IMG/VR virus record: IMGVR_UViG_2879469214_000003
Span: 64,001-127,851 of that record
Direction: 5' to 3' (one strand)
Origin: a virus
Lineage: Duplodnaviria; Heunggongvirae; Uroviricota; Caudoviricetes
DNA length: 63,851 nt
Both the position numbers and the translations under genes were made by a program. Shown here one piece after another: positions 28,093 to 38,318 of the stretch; the first letter of the stretch is position 1, and every line of letters begins with the position of its first letter. The notes under the pieces were generated by a model. It ran no database searches and had not been told where the DNA came from. It worked only from the letters and a program-made list of their open reading frames with translations.

Positions 28093-28362
28093 TTAGGGCA
28101 ACAAAGCTACACTTTCACCAGTTTGGACATAGTATGCACGTTGTAAGAAAGTTAAGGTGTGATCAGCCTTCCCTTCCATTACTTCCTTTGCTTCTTCTTT
28201 ACGCCATGCAAAATATGATTCTGGATCGTTTACTCTCACTTTTCCACATTCAACTTCTTCAATACAGGCTAATGAAATATCGGCAAATAATTGCCTTGTT
28301 TTTTGGATTGATTCTTCTGTAAGTTCTAGGCCATTAAATCTCAAAGTTTTTCCTCCCAACAT
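28093..28362 (-). CDS. Hypothetical phage protein
   Basis: 89 aa in array. Confidence 0.6.
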   Translation of the reverse strand: MLGGKTLRFNGLELTEESIQKTRQLFADISLACIEEVECGKVRVNDPESYFAWRKEEAKEVMEGKADHTLTFLQRAYYVQTGESVALLP

Positions 28363-28574
28363 TCCTTTGAAACAAGAATTTTATAAAGTCTGCTCTTTCG
28401 AGTAGTACTCCATTATTGTGATATTTGGATTGTCTTGCTCAGTTTCTTTAATCCAGTTTTCAATATCATCTGTTTCGATTTCCTTGTACATATAAGGCAG
28501 GAATAATCCTTCTTTATGATAATGAATGCCGTACTTCATTTCGTGCCTCCTTATGAAATCACTCTTTTACCTAG

Positions 28575-29210
28575 TTATGAGACGTTCCATAGGCTCAGTT
28601 CATACTCTTTTACTTCGTCTATTGTTAACGGTCTGTCATATGCGATGATTCCATGTCTACCTTTTGTGTCATCTGTCTGCGTAAATCCATTCGGCTGACA
28701 ACCAATAGACACAGGGCGTAGCCGCAATTCGTACCAATACAACCCATCTATATCTTTATTCCTGTTACTGTTTTGGTGTTCTGTCATATACTTCTCAAAA
28801 GCTTTTTCGGCTTTATATTGCTTTATGAATCCTTTGTAAGCTGCTACTTCTTGGCTCGCACTTTCTAGTTGTCTGCTATCATTCTTTAGTTGTTGCATAT
28901 CTTCACTGTTAATTGATAACTCCAAACATTCCGACGTATCCTCAATGATTGTTTCACCTTCATAAAATACATCTGTCGTAATTTGAATGTTTTTGAATCC
29001 CTGTTTCTGGTACAGATTAAACTTTTTCATAACTTCATTCATTGACTTACAAGAACTCTTGTTCACGTTCGAAAAATCGATTTTTACTTCTTCATCATGT
29101 TTTGTTGTCTCGATAGTGTAGATTAGCTCCATTTCTTTAGCTATTCCCCAATACTGCACTCCCTCTTTTGTTCTATGGCTGCAATCGGATTTCCATATAA
29201 TATTCTTCAT
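28575..29210 (-). CDS. Protein with C-terminal DarA_C-like (defence against restriction) domain
   Basis: YWYELRLRPVSIGCQPNGF...GRHGIIAYDRPLTIDEVKEYEL. Confidence 0.6.
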   Translation of the reverse strand: MKNIIWKSDCSHRTKEGVQYWGIAKEMELIYTIETTKHDEEVKIDFSNVNKSSCKSMNEVMKKFNLYQKQGFKNIQITTDVFYEGETIIEDTSECLELSINSEDMQQLKNDSRQLESASQEVAAYKGFIKQYKAEKAFEKYMTEHQNSNRNKDIDGLYWYELRLRPVSIGCQPNGFTQTDDTKGRHGIIAYDRPLTIDEVKEYELSLWNVS

Positions 29211-29313
29211 TTATATTCCTCCATGTTTTAATGAAATGAGTATTTGACTTAGTTACATTACAATGTTTCTCGTTCAGGTACGGTGTTTATGTATTGCTTA
29301 ACTTGTTAATGTA

Positions 29314-29358
29314 ATTATAGCATCATTACATAATATTGTACAGTATTATTTTAGTCTA
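29314..29358 (-). promoter_or_regulatory. Promoter with TAGACTAAAATAATAC box
   Basis: TGTACA-17-TATAAT. Confidence 0.75.
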
Positions 29359-29396
29359 ATAAAAAGAGATTCCGCTGTGGAATCCCTTAGTCGCTA

Positions 29397-29738
29397 CTAT
29401 TTAAGTTTAACACTCCAGATCTCAACTTCTTCATCCGAGTCAACAGGTTCAACATATGTAACAACAATAATCTTTCCTTGATACTGCTTACGTAATACAT
29501 CAGTAAATGATTTATCCTCTTTTCCTGTAGCGATATCAGTCACCTGTAGCACCCAGAAGCGTCCTTCCTGATCCTTTGTAGTGTGAGCTACATAATAACC
29601 GCTACCCTTCATGTAATACACCTTTTCAATCGTCGTAGTGGCCTGTTTAACTTCTTCTTTAACTCCACTTGCCATAGTTACACTAGACACCATCAGAGAC
29701 AATACAAACAACATCAACATAATAGTAATCTTTTTCAT
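29397..29738 (-). CDS. Secreted hypothetical protein
   Basis: Signal peptide MKKITIMLMLFVLSLMVSSVTMA. Confidence 0.65.
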   Translation of the reverse strand: MKKITIMLMLFVLSLMVSSVTMASGVKEEVKQATTTIEKVYYMKGSGYYVAHTTKDQEGRFWVLQVTDIATGKEDKSFTDVLRKQYQGKIIVVTYVEPVDSDEEVEIWSVKLK

Positions 29739-30354
29739 TTTAAATACACGTCCATTCTTATGTTATTTTAGTTTAATTAGATAATGAATTAAGTAGTTCA
29801 AGGTGTTGACTAAAGGATAGCCCTATCGATGACCGTTTAGTCTGCATTTGTGAGTTTACTCTTTGCTCTGGCTGCTTAAACGCTGCATATGGATTAGTTT
29901 TATGTACTGGATGTATGTAATAGATTCTTAACATGTGTTTACCTCCTTCCTCTGAATGCATTATCTATGTAAAAGGCCACTTTCATGGACTCTTGATATA
30001 TCTCATTTGCAGCTCTCATGTGTTTCGTCTCCATTTAATATCCACTCTCTCACAATTGAACGAAGTTCTTCTGTACTAATGTCATCTGGTAAATCCATGA
30101 CATCAACAATATCATTTTCCAAAATAGCCATTTCCAATTCATCTTTATTCATGTTATCAATCATTTTTATTACCACCTTTTAATTTGTATTGTTTTATTT
30201 ATGTGTAATTATATATTAACGAAGGATCAATGCTCCTACGATTGTTTTACTCTTCAGAGCTTGTTTACGTGCCCATTGAGACTTCATAATAGCCAGTTTA
30301 GTTTGACACATTGGTTTCAACTCCTTATTTCGTTATCCTTTACCTTATATACTT

Positions 30355-30400
30355 ATTGTACATCATAAATATATATTTGTACAGTATTATTTATGTGTAA
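30355..30400 (-). promoter_or_regulatory. Promoter with TTACACATAAATAATAC box
   Basis: TGTACA-17-TACAAT. Confidence 0.7.
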
Positions 30401-30698
30401 TTAACACAAATAGACCACTTTTATTAGTGATCTAAATGAGTTATAGATGAGATAGATTGTTAAAGAAGAAATAAACCAAATGACAGACACAACGGTTTAT
30501 GTTGTGGATGAAGGTGAGCGACAGCCATGGAGTGAAACGGAATGGATCTCGCCACCTATTATTAAGTGAATTATTTAAATTATTATGTATAAATATATAC
30601 TATTTTATCTTTAAATTATTAACCTTTTTCCTTTAAGACTTAGGGTCATTTTTCCCAGTGTTTATGCGGGTTTTTTGAATGATTTATAAGGTTTGTTC

Positions 30699-31940
30699 TT
30701 ATAAACTTATTTCATCATTCAACCATGACACTAAAATTGAACGCATTCTTTCAGATGGTATGTATAGATTAATAGGTTCATTGTTTCTGATTGCACTTCT
30801 CCATATCCATTGAATTAGTTCAGATAAGGCATACATGTCTTGATTAACTTCAATATCTCTACTTTTAAAGTATCCATCCAATACAGGATTCAGAAACCTA
30901 TTAACAGCGTATACTAAAACTATCTTGTTTTGATATTTGTTTGTACTACGCTCATTGACTGAAACATAGCCCTTAGTATAACCTACACCTGATATTTTAC
31001 CTTTAAAATCTTTATATGTAGTCCACATATTTTTATCAGATCGAGAATTCATTATATTATTAAAATAGTTTAAAGTATTATTCTTAAGTTGTTTGTGTAG
31101 ATGTTTTTTATTTATATACCAAGACTTTGAAAGTGAATACTTACCTTCTCCTACTTTATTCAAGCTGCCATCATATATTTTAATTTTACTTTTGATATTG
31201 TTTTTGATATCTCTTATAGATGACGACTTTTTATTAACAAAAAAGTATCTATCTTTTTCATTCATTACTGACCAATATTCATATTTAATACTATGAATGT
31301 CAAAGTAGTACTTCTGTAGTTGTGACTCAAATAGATATGTGAGGATGTAGGTATCTTTAAACAGTTCAAATACATTAGGTGGAAAACTCCATAACAGAAT
31401 GACTCCATTATGTATAGCTAAGTTATTGTTTAATGCATATCTTCTCACTAATTGAAATTTACCACTATATATCTCATTCTGCTTGTCCTCCTTAGCGGTA
31501 TCCCACAACAAGGCTCCATTATCAGATTTAATAAGCCATTCTTTAAGTAACATCTTAGTGTCTGAGGCAGATATATTTACCTCTTTTACTACCTCCAACG
31601 CTTCATCAAGTATTAAGGTATATCCACCATTGTAAATTAGATCCTTAGTTACATCCGTAGCCATTTTGAATAGTTCATGAGTCGTTGCAATATTCTTTCC
31701 TTCAGATAATAGCTTATGCAATGAATCCAATTTAAAATACAATTCGCCATCTAAAGAAAATACTTTTGGTTCATAGAATTTTCGTTCATTACAAGATTGT
31801 TTAATTCTAGTCACCTCATCTAGATAAGGTGTAATGTAAATGTACTTATTGCTATCAGGTTTGTTCATTAATTCAATAGATGCGGAAGTTTTACCGCTAC
31901 CCATAATTGAATCCACAATTTTAACTGGAATACTGTTCAT
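30699..31940 (-). CDS. SF2 helicase-like P-loop protein
   Basis: DSIMGSGKT, YITPYLDEV, LILDEA, SELIQWIWRSAIR. Confidence 0.75.
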   Translation of the reverse strand: MNSIPVKIVDSIMGSGKTSASIELMNKPDSNKYIYITPYLDEVTRIKQSCNERKFYEPKVFSLDGELYFKLDSLHKLLSEGKNIATTHELFKMATDVTKDLIYNGGYTLILDEALEVVKEVNISASDTKMLLKEWLIKSDNGALLWDTAKEDKQNEIYSGKFQLVRRYALNNNLAIHNGVILLWSFPPNVFELFKDTYILTYLFESQLQKYYFDIHSIKYEYWSVMNEKDRYFFVNKKSSSIRDIKNNIKSKIKIYDGSLNKVGEGKYSLSKSWYINKKHLHKQLKNNTLNYFNNIMNSRSDKNMWTTYKDFKGKISGVGYTKGYVSVNERSTNKYQNKIVLVYAVNRFLNPVLDGYFKSRDIEVNQDMYALSELIQWIWRSAIRNNEPINLYIPSERMRSILVSWLNDEISL

Positions 31941-32052
31941 CCTTTCAAATTATTATTGTAATTCATATATGTAAAACTCTATAAGAGAGTGGAAGCGTCA
32001 ATACATTTATACGTAAACATTTTATTATCGTGTATAAAAGTGAGGGAAAAGA

Positions 32053-32301
32053 TTATTCCCCTTTAACAATACTCAATAGCTTAACAGTATACTCTTCTAA
32101 GAATACTCTAATCTGTTCCTGTGCTTCAATCTCATCAGTAATAGATCCATGTTTATATGCTTCCATAGTTCCCAATAGATCGTCCACTGCATAATCTACA
32201 GCGTTATTGTAAGCTTCATTATTATCAGGTGTAATGACATCATTGATGATAGTCTGCTTAAGCTGCTTATCATTGTTGTATAAGTTATCAAAGCTATTCA
32301 T
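32053..32301 (-). CDS. Acidic hypothetical protein (ATG at 32301)
   Basis: SD AAGGGG then AATTACAT ATG. Confidence 0.55.
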   Translation of the reverse strand: MNSFDNLYNNDKQLKQTIINDVITPDNNEAYNNAVDYAVDDLLGTMEAYKHGSITDEIEAQEQIRVFLEEYTVKLLSIVKGE

Positions 32302-32409
32302 ATGTAATTCCCCCTTAGTTATTGTATTGGCTACTACATTGCCATATGTAATCATATTGTATTATACCCCATTCGTATGTAGTTGTAATAGGTGAAGCAG
32401 TAGCCACAG

Positions 32410-32709
32410 TTAGAACACCGTGACTACCTTGATATATGTATTACTTATGATAAGACTGACTACTGCATGACGCTTATTGAACCCTTTAACCTTATACTTA
32501 TATACTTGCCTACCATCATCCCATTCAGGCGTTATACTCATTGGATGCTTGAGTATGAACAGTAACCTTTCAAAAGTAAAATTCCTATCAGGCTGAGTTA
32601 ACCTTTGTTCAGCATGTGATGAGAGTTCGATGTGTCGTTGTGATGCTAGTTGTGGTATGAGTGTTAACAGTGTATCGGTAGATAGTGGTTCATGAGTCAT
32701 GTTGTTCAC
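32410..32709 (-). CDS. DUF4258-like (RelE/BrnT-fold) protein
   Basis: IELSSHAEQRL...YKYKVKG...VVTVF. Confidence 0.55.
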   Translation of the reverse strand: MNNMTHEPLSTDTLLTLIPQLASQRHIELSSHAEQRLTQPDRNFTFERLLFILKHPMSITPEWDDGRQVYKYKVKGFNKRHAVVSLIISNTYIKVVTVF

Positions 32710-33247
32710 CCCCTGTGATGGAATCTATTTGATAATACTATTATAACATTTAATACTTTAGATTACCAGTGTTATTTAAGTGTAAATGAATTGGGAGTGA
32801 TAGATTAGGAATGATAATATGGAAATGAGAGATTGAATTTTGAAAAGTTAAAATTGAAATAGGAATAGCGAGATGAGAAATAGAGTTGCAATCAATTGTG
32901 ATGATATGATGTGGATAGTGTTGAGTTGTGCATGTAAGATGTGAGAGATAAGATATAATGGATAGGAGCGATATAGATTAATATATGGATAGTTAAGAGT
33001 GTGACAATGATAAGATGAGTAATAGGTAATAGCTATAGGTGAAGATGAGATGATAGTTAATATATAATAAGTCATGATTTATGCAAACACTGTTACCCAG
33101 CGATTATATTATACCCCCATAGGGTATAGTGTGTGTAAGATGAAATTTATAGAAAATTTGAAAGTTTAAAATATTTTTTTGAGAAATGTATTGACAATTG
33201 GGTAGCTGAGTGGATCAGTGCTGCATGTTGGTAGAGGTGTCTCTATC

Positions 33248-33273
33248 TACCCTATAATATATCTTATATGGTA
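33248..33273. other. dif-like tyrosine recombinase core site
   Basis: TACCCTATAA-TATATC-TTATATGGTA: 10-bp arms with 9/10 inverted identity, 6-bp spacer, about 550 bp from a recombinase gene. Confidence 0.5.
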
Positions 33274-33826
33274 CATAGAACATGGATGGGGGGCTATTTT
33301 AAATCTGAAAATCGATCAAAATTGGAAAATAGTGGCCTAGCACTTCCACTTCCACACCCTGATTTATATTTTATCCCTCCCATATATTTACCATTTAATT
33401 GTAATTTTTTTGTAACCATTTCCTCCATTTTCACTAAAATTCAATCATAAACTCAATCACAACTCATCTTCTTTTCCTATGTCCCATCTACATTTTTCAA
33501 TTAATTACAACTCTGTAACCATACCAATATAGTCAATTCCATTCCTCTTTTCATCCGTTTTCCTTGATATATCAATGTTATTGCGATGCACATGTGTGGT
33601 CATCCTCGACTATCATACCTTCATCTTCACTTTCCCTTGATAAATCAACGCTTTTTATCTTATAAGTTAAATTGACGATTAACATTCAATCGTAATGATC
33701 ATTGAACACAAAAAAAGCCTACTGGACGTTTTATCCAATAGACTTGATCAAACACTAATTTTTTTCTTTAAGACTCTCGTCGCGGGTACATCATTTTTTC
33801 AGGTGTTAACTTCAATTCAATAACGC

Positions 33827-34879
33827 TCAATTATTCACCTCTCCTTCTTTATTGTTAACAACATCTTGTGCATCTCTTTTAATTTGCGACACAACACCAT
33901 AATCTTGATTCATTAGTATGCGAATCAATTCATCTTTGGTTAATTGTTCAAGAATAGAATTATCTATCTTATCTTCAATTCTCAAGCTGATGCTATTTGA
34001 TAAATCTTCGTTAATATGTCTGTAATATGTTTCAGTTGTGGAGATATTTGAGTGATTTAAGTGTTTTTTTGCCTCTTCTAGAGTTCCGAAACCAGCAGCA
34101 ACATTTCTGAAGCTATGGAATACCACATTTCTTTCGGGTAAAATTCCTAGTTGTTTTTTCAGAGACTCTAGCATCAATCTAATTGTCTTATCTGTTAAGT
34201 GGAATATGCGACCGTCTTCATATTTTTGATAATACTTAAATGTTTTAATCTTAAGGAGTTCATTGTAAAGGTCTGTTGAAATAGGAACTACGTGCTTTTT
34301 CCCTCCTTTTCCCACTACCGAAACTTCATAATAACTACTACTAATATTCGGTTTTATATCAGTCCATTTAAGGCCTTGTAATGTGCTTTTACGAAAACTG
34401 GTTGTGTAGGCCATACGTATAAAAGCTGACTTTTCCTGTCCTTGCTTTCTGTCTTCTAAAACAAGTTCTGCCATTTGCTCTGCTTCGTGAAGATATAGTG
34501 CTCCTGCGTGTTCGCTATCGTTGGAAAGAATATCGATTTTTAAATGTTTTGACTTTACTGGGTACTCGTTAATCTCAAAAAACTCATACAAACTTTGAAC
34601 TGCCTCTATGTAATTGTTCACTGTGACATTGGCATAGTCTACCTCATGTTCCTTTAAATAAGTCTGATATCTAACCATATCTGTATTTCTAATTTTTATA
34701 TCTTCAATTGTAAGTTGTTCAATATCCTTATTTCTATACCACATAAAAAAGTTCCTAATACTTCTCTCGTAACTCTTTCTTGTGTGCTGACTCTGAAATT
34801 TTCCTATAAATGTTTTTATATCTTCATCAACTGATCCTCTGTGAAGTCCCACTACATTTTGTGTCATGCTCATTTCCAT
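33827..34879 (-). CDS. Tyrosine recombinase/integrase with intact catalytic residues
   Basis: SAM-like N-domain; TSFRK, GKGGK, FHSFRN, LNHS, TETYY. Confidence 0.9.
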   Translation of the reverse strand: MEMSMTQNVVGLHRGSVDEDIKTFIGKFQSQHTRKSYERSIRNFFMWYRNKDIEQLTIEDIKIRNTDMVRYQTYLKEHEVDYANVTVNNYIEAVQSLYEFFEINEYPVKSKHLKIDILSNDSEHAGALYLHEAEQMAELVLEDRKQGQEKSAFIRMAYTTSFRKSTLQGLKWTDIKPNISSSYYEVSVVGKGGKKHVVPISTDLYNELLKIKTFKYYQKYEDGRIFHLTDKTIRLMLESLKKQLGILPERNVVFHSFRNVAAGFGTLEEAKKHLNHSNISTTETYYRHINEDLSNSISLRIEDKIDNSILEQLTKDELIRILMNQDYGVVSQIKRDAQDVVNNKEGEVNN

Positions 34880-34923
34880 TCCTCCTCTACTCTTGTAATT
34901 TCATTATATACTATTGATTTTAA

Positions 34924-34970
34924 TTACACAATAATAATACTTTACAAATTATAATGTAAATGATTATAAT
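34924..34970 (+). promoter_or_regulatory. Promoter for RNA polymerase operon with TTACACAATAATAATAC box
   Basis: TTTACA-18-TATAAT at the minus-to-plus transcription switch. Confidence 0.7.
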
Positions 34971-35032
34971 GAGAACACGGACATCAAATCCGAATACATA
35001 AGAAGCTCACTGAAGCTGAAAGGGATAACTGA

Positions 35033-35227
35033 ATGATCAACAGAAACAAAGGAAACCACTCTATTAATACTTGGGAGGATCAATACTATGACGGATACGA
35101 GGTAGATACATATGATCATAGAATGGTATCAGATGAAATTAAGCAAGGAACAGAAGATTGTGTTAAATACATAGAAGAAATTGTAGATAATGAATACTTT
35201 TGGTACAAGAATATTACACGTAAATAA
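35033..35227 (+). CDS. Small acidic protein upstream of phage RNAP
   Basis: 64 aa, SD AAGGGA. Confidence 0.55.
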   Translation: MINRNKGNHSINTWEDQYYDGYEVDTYDHRMVSDEIKQGTEDCVKYIEEIVDNEYFWYKNITRK

Positions 35228-35268
35228 TACATCTTAACTATAATATTAAATATGCAAAGGGTGTTTGA

Positions 35269-37845
35269 ATGGCATTGGATAAGCAAGTATACATATATAG
35301 CGTCGATACTAGCGCTTTTTTCACTCAAAAAGAAAGTTTGCTAAGAAAAGAAATCAACAAAGCTAAACAAAAGAATGAGAATGAAAAAGTTAAAGAGCTC
35401 GATAAGAGTTTTCGAAACATTATTGACTCAAATATCCACTTGAAACGAAAACTAAACCCGCATAGCTTGTCCATTAACAACAAAGTTTCTTTGTTTGAAT
35501 CTTCTCTGACGCGGACGTTGCGTCTAGAAGAAAATAATACATATGAAGATGTAATAATTGTAGAAACACACTATTATAGTATCTTTGATAGTCTCATTGA
35601 AAATGGATTTACTCTAAATGGTCAAGACTACGTTCCATTCACGGCTTCAGCGGGTCAAATAAGAACTAAAAAAACTGTATTTATGAAGAAAACGACTTGG
35701 GATAATGTTAAGGATACGCTAACATGTGGACTTTCTGAAGAAAAAATAAATAAACACTACGATGTTAACAAAGAAAATAAGAGATTCTATGGTGTAAGCA
35801 TTAATAAATATTTGGCTTATCTTGCACTGTGTTCAAGTGCTACAGATGAATGGAAGGATTTCAACATTGACCGTTCGATTGTAGTTGAAGATTTTGAGAC
35901 TTCAATTAATACAACCGTAGATTTTGTTGACGATGTAACTTATAACGTTAAACGCAGAAAGATGGATATTCCTATTAATCATACTGATGGGTGCGGCATG
36001 ATTTTGCCAAAGAAAAGTAAAAAGTCGTTCATGGTTCGACTTCCTTGGGTCAAGGGATTGCTAGTTCCCTTCCCATACGACAAATTCATAGATAAGAATA
36101 ATTCCACAGTTACAGATATCTATGGCAAAAAACATGATGTACTTAAAGAAAAAATTGAAGTAATTTTCACCAAAAGCCAGTTTAAAATGTGGAAATATTA
36201 TGAGAATTGGGATGAATACAAAAAACTTTACAAGCAATACAAGTGTCATGCTAGTTTAACTAATATAGAAGAAGATGAACTGAGCTCTGCTAGACTATGT
36301 TACCAGATGTTGCAAACTCTGACCCTCATCTCAGATGAACAACTGGACAATCTAGTTTCAATAACTAGAGGAGAAATTCAAGAGACAGTTAGCAACCCCG
36401 AAGAAATGCTTAAACTAATGGGAGCATCTAAAGGACGTTTTGAAGATAAAAATAATTTACAACAAGCTCTCTTCATATATCCTGAACTCCTATTAGACCC
36501 ACATGTAAAAACCAAACTAAAAGAAGCCAAGGCTAGTCTTATGAGAAAAGTGTATACAGGTAAAATTAAAGTTGATGGCTGCTATACTTTTATTGCTCCT
36601 GATTTGTATGCATTTTGTGAACATTTGTTTAATGGAGAGGAAAATCCTCAAGGTTTACTACAAAACGGTGAAGTTTCATGCAAGGCGATAACGGGAGGTA
36701 CAAAGGTTGACCTACTGCGTTCTCCACACCTGTATAAAGAACACGCAGTAAGGATGAACACAAGAATAGAACTCACAGAAAAATGGTTTATCACTAAAAA
36801 CGTTCACACTTCAATTCATGATCCAATTAGTAAAGTTCTTATGTTTGATTGTGACGGGGATAAAGTTACAGTTAGCTATGATGAGACGTTGGTTTCTGTA
36901 GCTGAAAGGAATATGGTTGATGTTGTTCCGCTTTACTATGATATGAAGAAAGCTCCAGCAGAAAAAATAAACAGAAAAAGCGTTAAAGAGAATTTGAAAA
37001 GAGCGTTCTCTGGAAATATCGGAATTGTAAGTAACGACATTACTAAGCTATGGAATAGTGACTCAGTTGATATTGATTTAGTTAAAATTAGAACAATGGA
37101 AAATAACTTTGAGATTGATGCAGCAAAAACAAACTATAAGCCAGTCCGACCAAAGCATATCAAAGCAATGTTTAAACCTTTCAATAAAATGAAAATGCCC
37201 CATTTCTTTACCTACGAAAAATATAGGCTTAAGCCACAAGACAGGAAAAAGAAAAAGCCTAAACGTACCACCGAACCATGGAATGACTCAACAACAGTAA
37301 ATAGAATTAAAAATCTTTTTCCAGACGTTCGTATCAAATTTAAAGCAGTCTCTGATATGTATGAGTTTGACTATAGAAATCTAATGCACACCAGCAGAGA
37401 TAGAAACGAGTTGTATTATTTAATTAGAGATAGATATGAAGAGCTAAATAATGAAAAATGGAAGTTTTCCTCAAAAAGTAGCAATGGTGATATTAATAAT
37501 TCTGACCACCTTCCTGTATATGTCTATATTAGACAAGAATTATTGAAATTATGTAATGACCCATTCTTGGTTGCGGATGTTATTGTCGAACATCTGTATA
37601 CAGGTCCGAATAGCAATTATAAAACTACACTATGGTCAAGTTTTGGTGACATCATTGTGGAGAACTTGAAACAGAACCTTTCTACTAGATTGAAGCTCTG
37701 TGAAAAATGTGGAACCGTGTTCTCCAATAAAAGAGATAAAAGTATGAACAATAAGAAATATTGCGACCCCTGTTCGGTTGAAGTGAGAAAGGACAAAGTA
37801 AGAGAGAATGTTAGAAATTTGAGAAGTAAGAGTGAAAATACATAA
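35269..37845 (+). CDS. yonO: YonO-like single-subunit RNA polymerase (RdRP-related double-psi barrel)
   Basis: TDGCGMI, LRSPHL, catalytic MFDCDGD, IDAAKT, C-terminal zinc ribbon; upstream of HU and late genes as in SPbeta. Confidence 0.9.
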   Translation: MALDKQVYIYSVDTSAFFTQKESLLRKEINKAKQKNENEKVKELDKSFRNIIDSNIHLKRKLNPHSLSINNKVSLFESSLTRTLRLEENNTYEDVIIVETHYYSIFDSLIENGFTLNGQDYVPFTASAGQIRTKKTVFMKKTTWDNVKDTLTCGLSEEKINKHYDVNKENKRFYGVSINKYLAYLALCSSATDEWKDFNIDRSIVVEDFETSINTTVDFVDDVTYNVKRRKMDIPINHTDGCGMILPKKSKKSFMVRLPWVKGLLVPFPYDKFIDKNNSTVTDIYGKKHDVLKEKIEVIFTKSQFKMWKYYENWDEYKKLYKQYKCHASLTNIEEDELSSARLCYQMLQTLTLISDEQLDNLVSITRGEIQETVSNPEEMLKLMGASKGRFEDKNNLQQALFIYPELLLDPHVKTKLKEAKASLMRKVYTGKIKVDGCYTFIAPDLYAFCEHLFNGEENPQGLLQNGEVSCKAITGGTKVDLLRSPHLYKEHAVRMNTRIELTEKWFITKNVHTSIHDPISKVLMFDCDGDKVTVSYDETLVSVAERNMVDVVPLYYDMKKAPAEKINRKSVKENLKRAFSGNIGIVSNDITKLWNSDSVDIDLVKIRTMENNFEIDAAKTNYKPVRPKHIKAMFKPFNKMKMPHFFTYEKYRLKPQDRKKKKPKRTTEPWNDSTTVNRIKNLFPDVRIKFKAVSDMYEFDYRNLMHTSRDRNELYYLIRDRYEELNNEKWKFSSKSSNGDINNSDHLPVYVYIRQELLKLCNDPFLVADVIVEHLYTGPNSNYKTTLWSSFGDIIVENLKQNLSTRLKLCEKCGTVFSNKRDKSMNNKKYCDPCSVEVRKDKVRENVRNLRSKSENT

Positions 37846-38042
37846 TTATTATCGTGTAATCATTTCTAAAATTGCTCTTGATGCTGAAAGCCTTATATAT
37901 CAACGTTTTGCTATATTTGAGTGTTATTTTAGATAGGTGTTTTAGGGGGAGGTATGCTATTGAGCTTAATGCCAAGTAAGAGAAGTTTTAACTGGCATAC
38001 TTTCACCACATCAAATAAAAAAACATAAAGGGAGATTTATAA

Positions 38043-38318
38043 ATGAATAAAACAGATTTGGTAAATGCAGTAGTAGGTAAAACAGGATTGGCTAAAAAGG
38101 ACACAGAACAAGTAATTAATGAAACACTTAGTGTTATTACGGATGCACTTGCACAAGGCGAAAAAATTCAGCTATTTGGATTTGGTAATTTTGAAGTTCG
38201 AGATCGTGCAGCTCGTAAAGGGCGCAATCCTCAAACTGGCGAAGAATTGGATATTCCAGCTAGCAAAGCTCCAGCTTTCAAGCCCGCCACAGCACTAAAA
38301 AATGCCGTAAAAGAGTAA
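38043..38318 (+). CDS. hup: HU DNA-binding protein
   Basis: MNKTDLV...[22 protein letters not shown]. Confidence 0.97.
   Translation: MNKTDLVNAVVGKTGLAKKDTEQVINETLSVITDALAQGEKIQLFGFGNFEVRDRAARKGRNPQTGEELDIPASKAPAFKPATALKNAVKE

Noticed and set aside
636-29247. Junction palindromes as a CRISPR array or classical attC sites
   Set aside because: Only 16 bp, separated by whole genes, with no long attC hairpin and no cas genes
33100-33275. Protelomerase telRL site
   Set aside because: Palindromes are short and imperfect, and the neighbouring enzyme is a standard tyrosine recombinase
32848-33450. ORFs 32848..33075 and 33268..33450
   Set aside because: Artefacts of low-complexity skewed DNA, with no SD and biased composition
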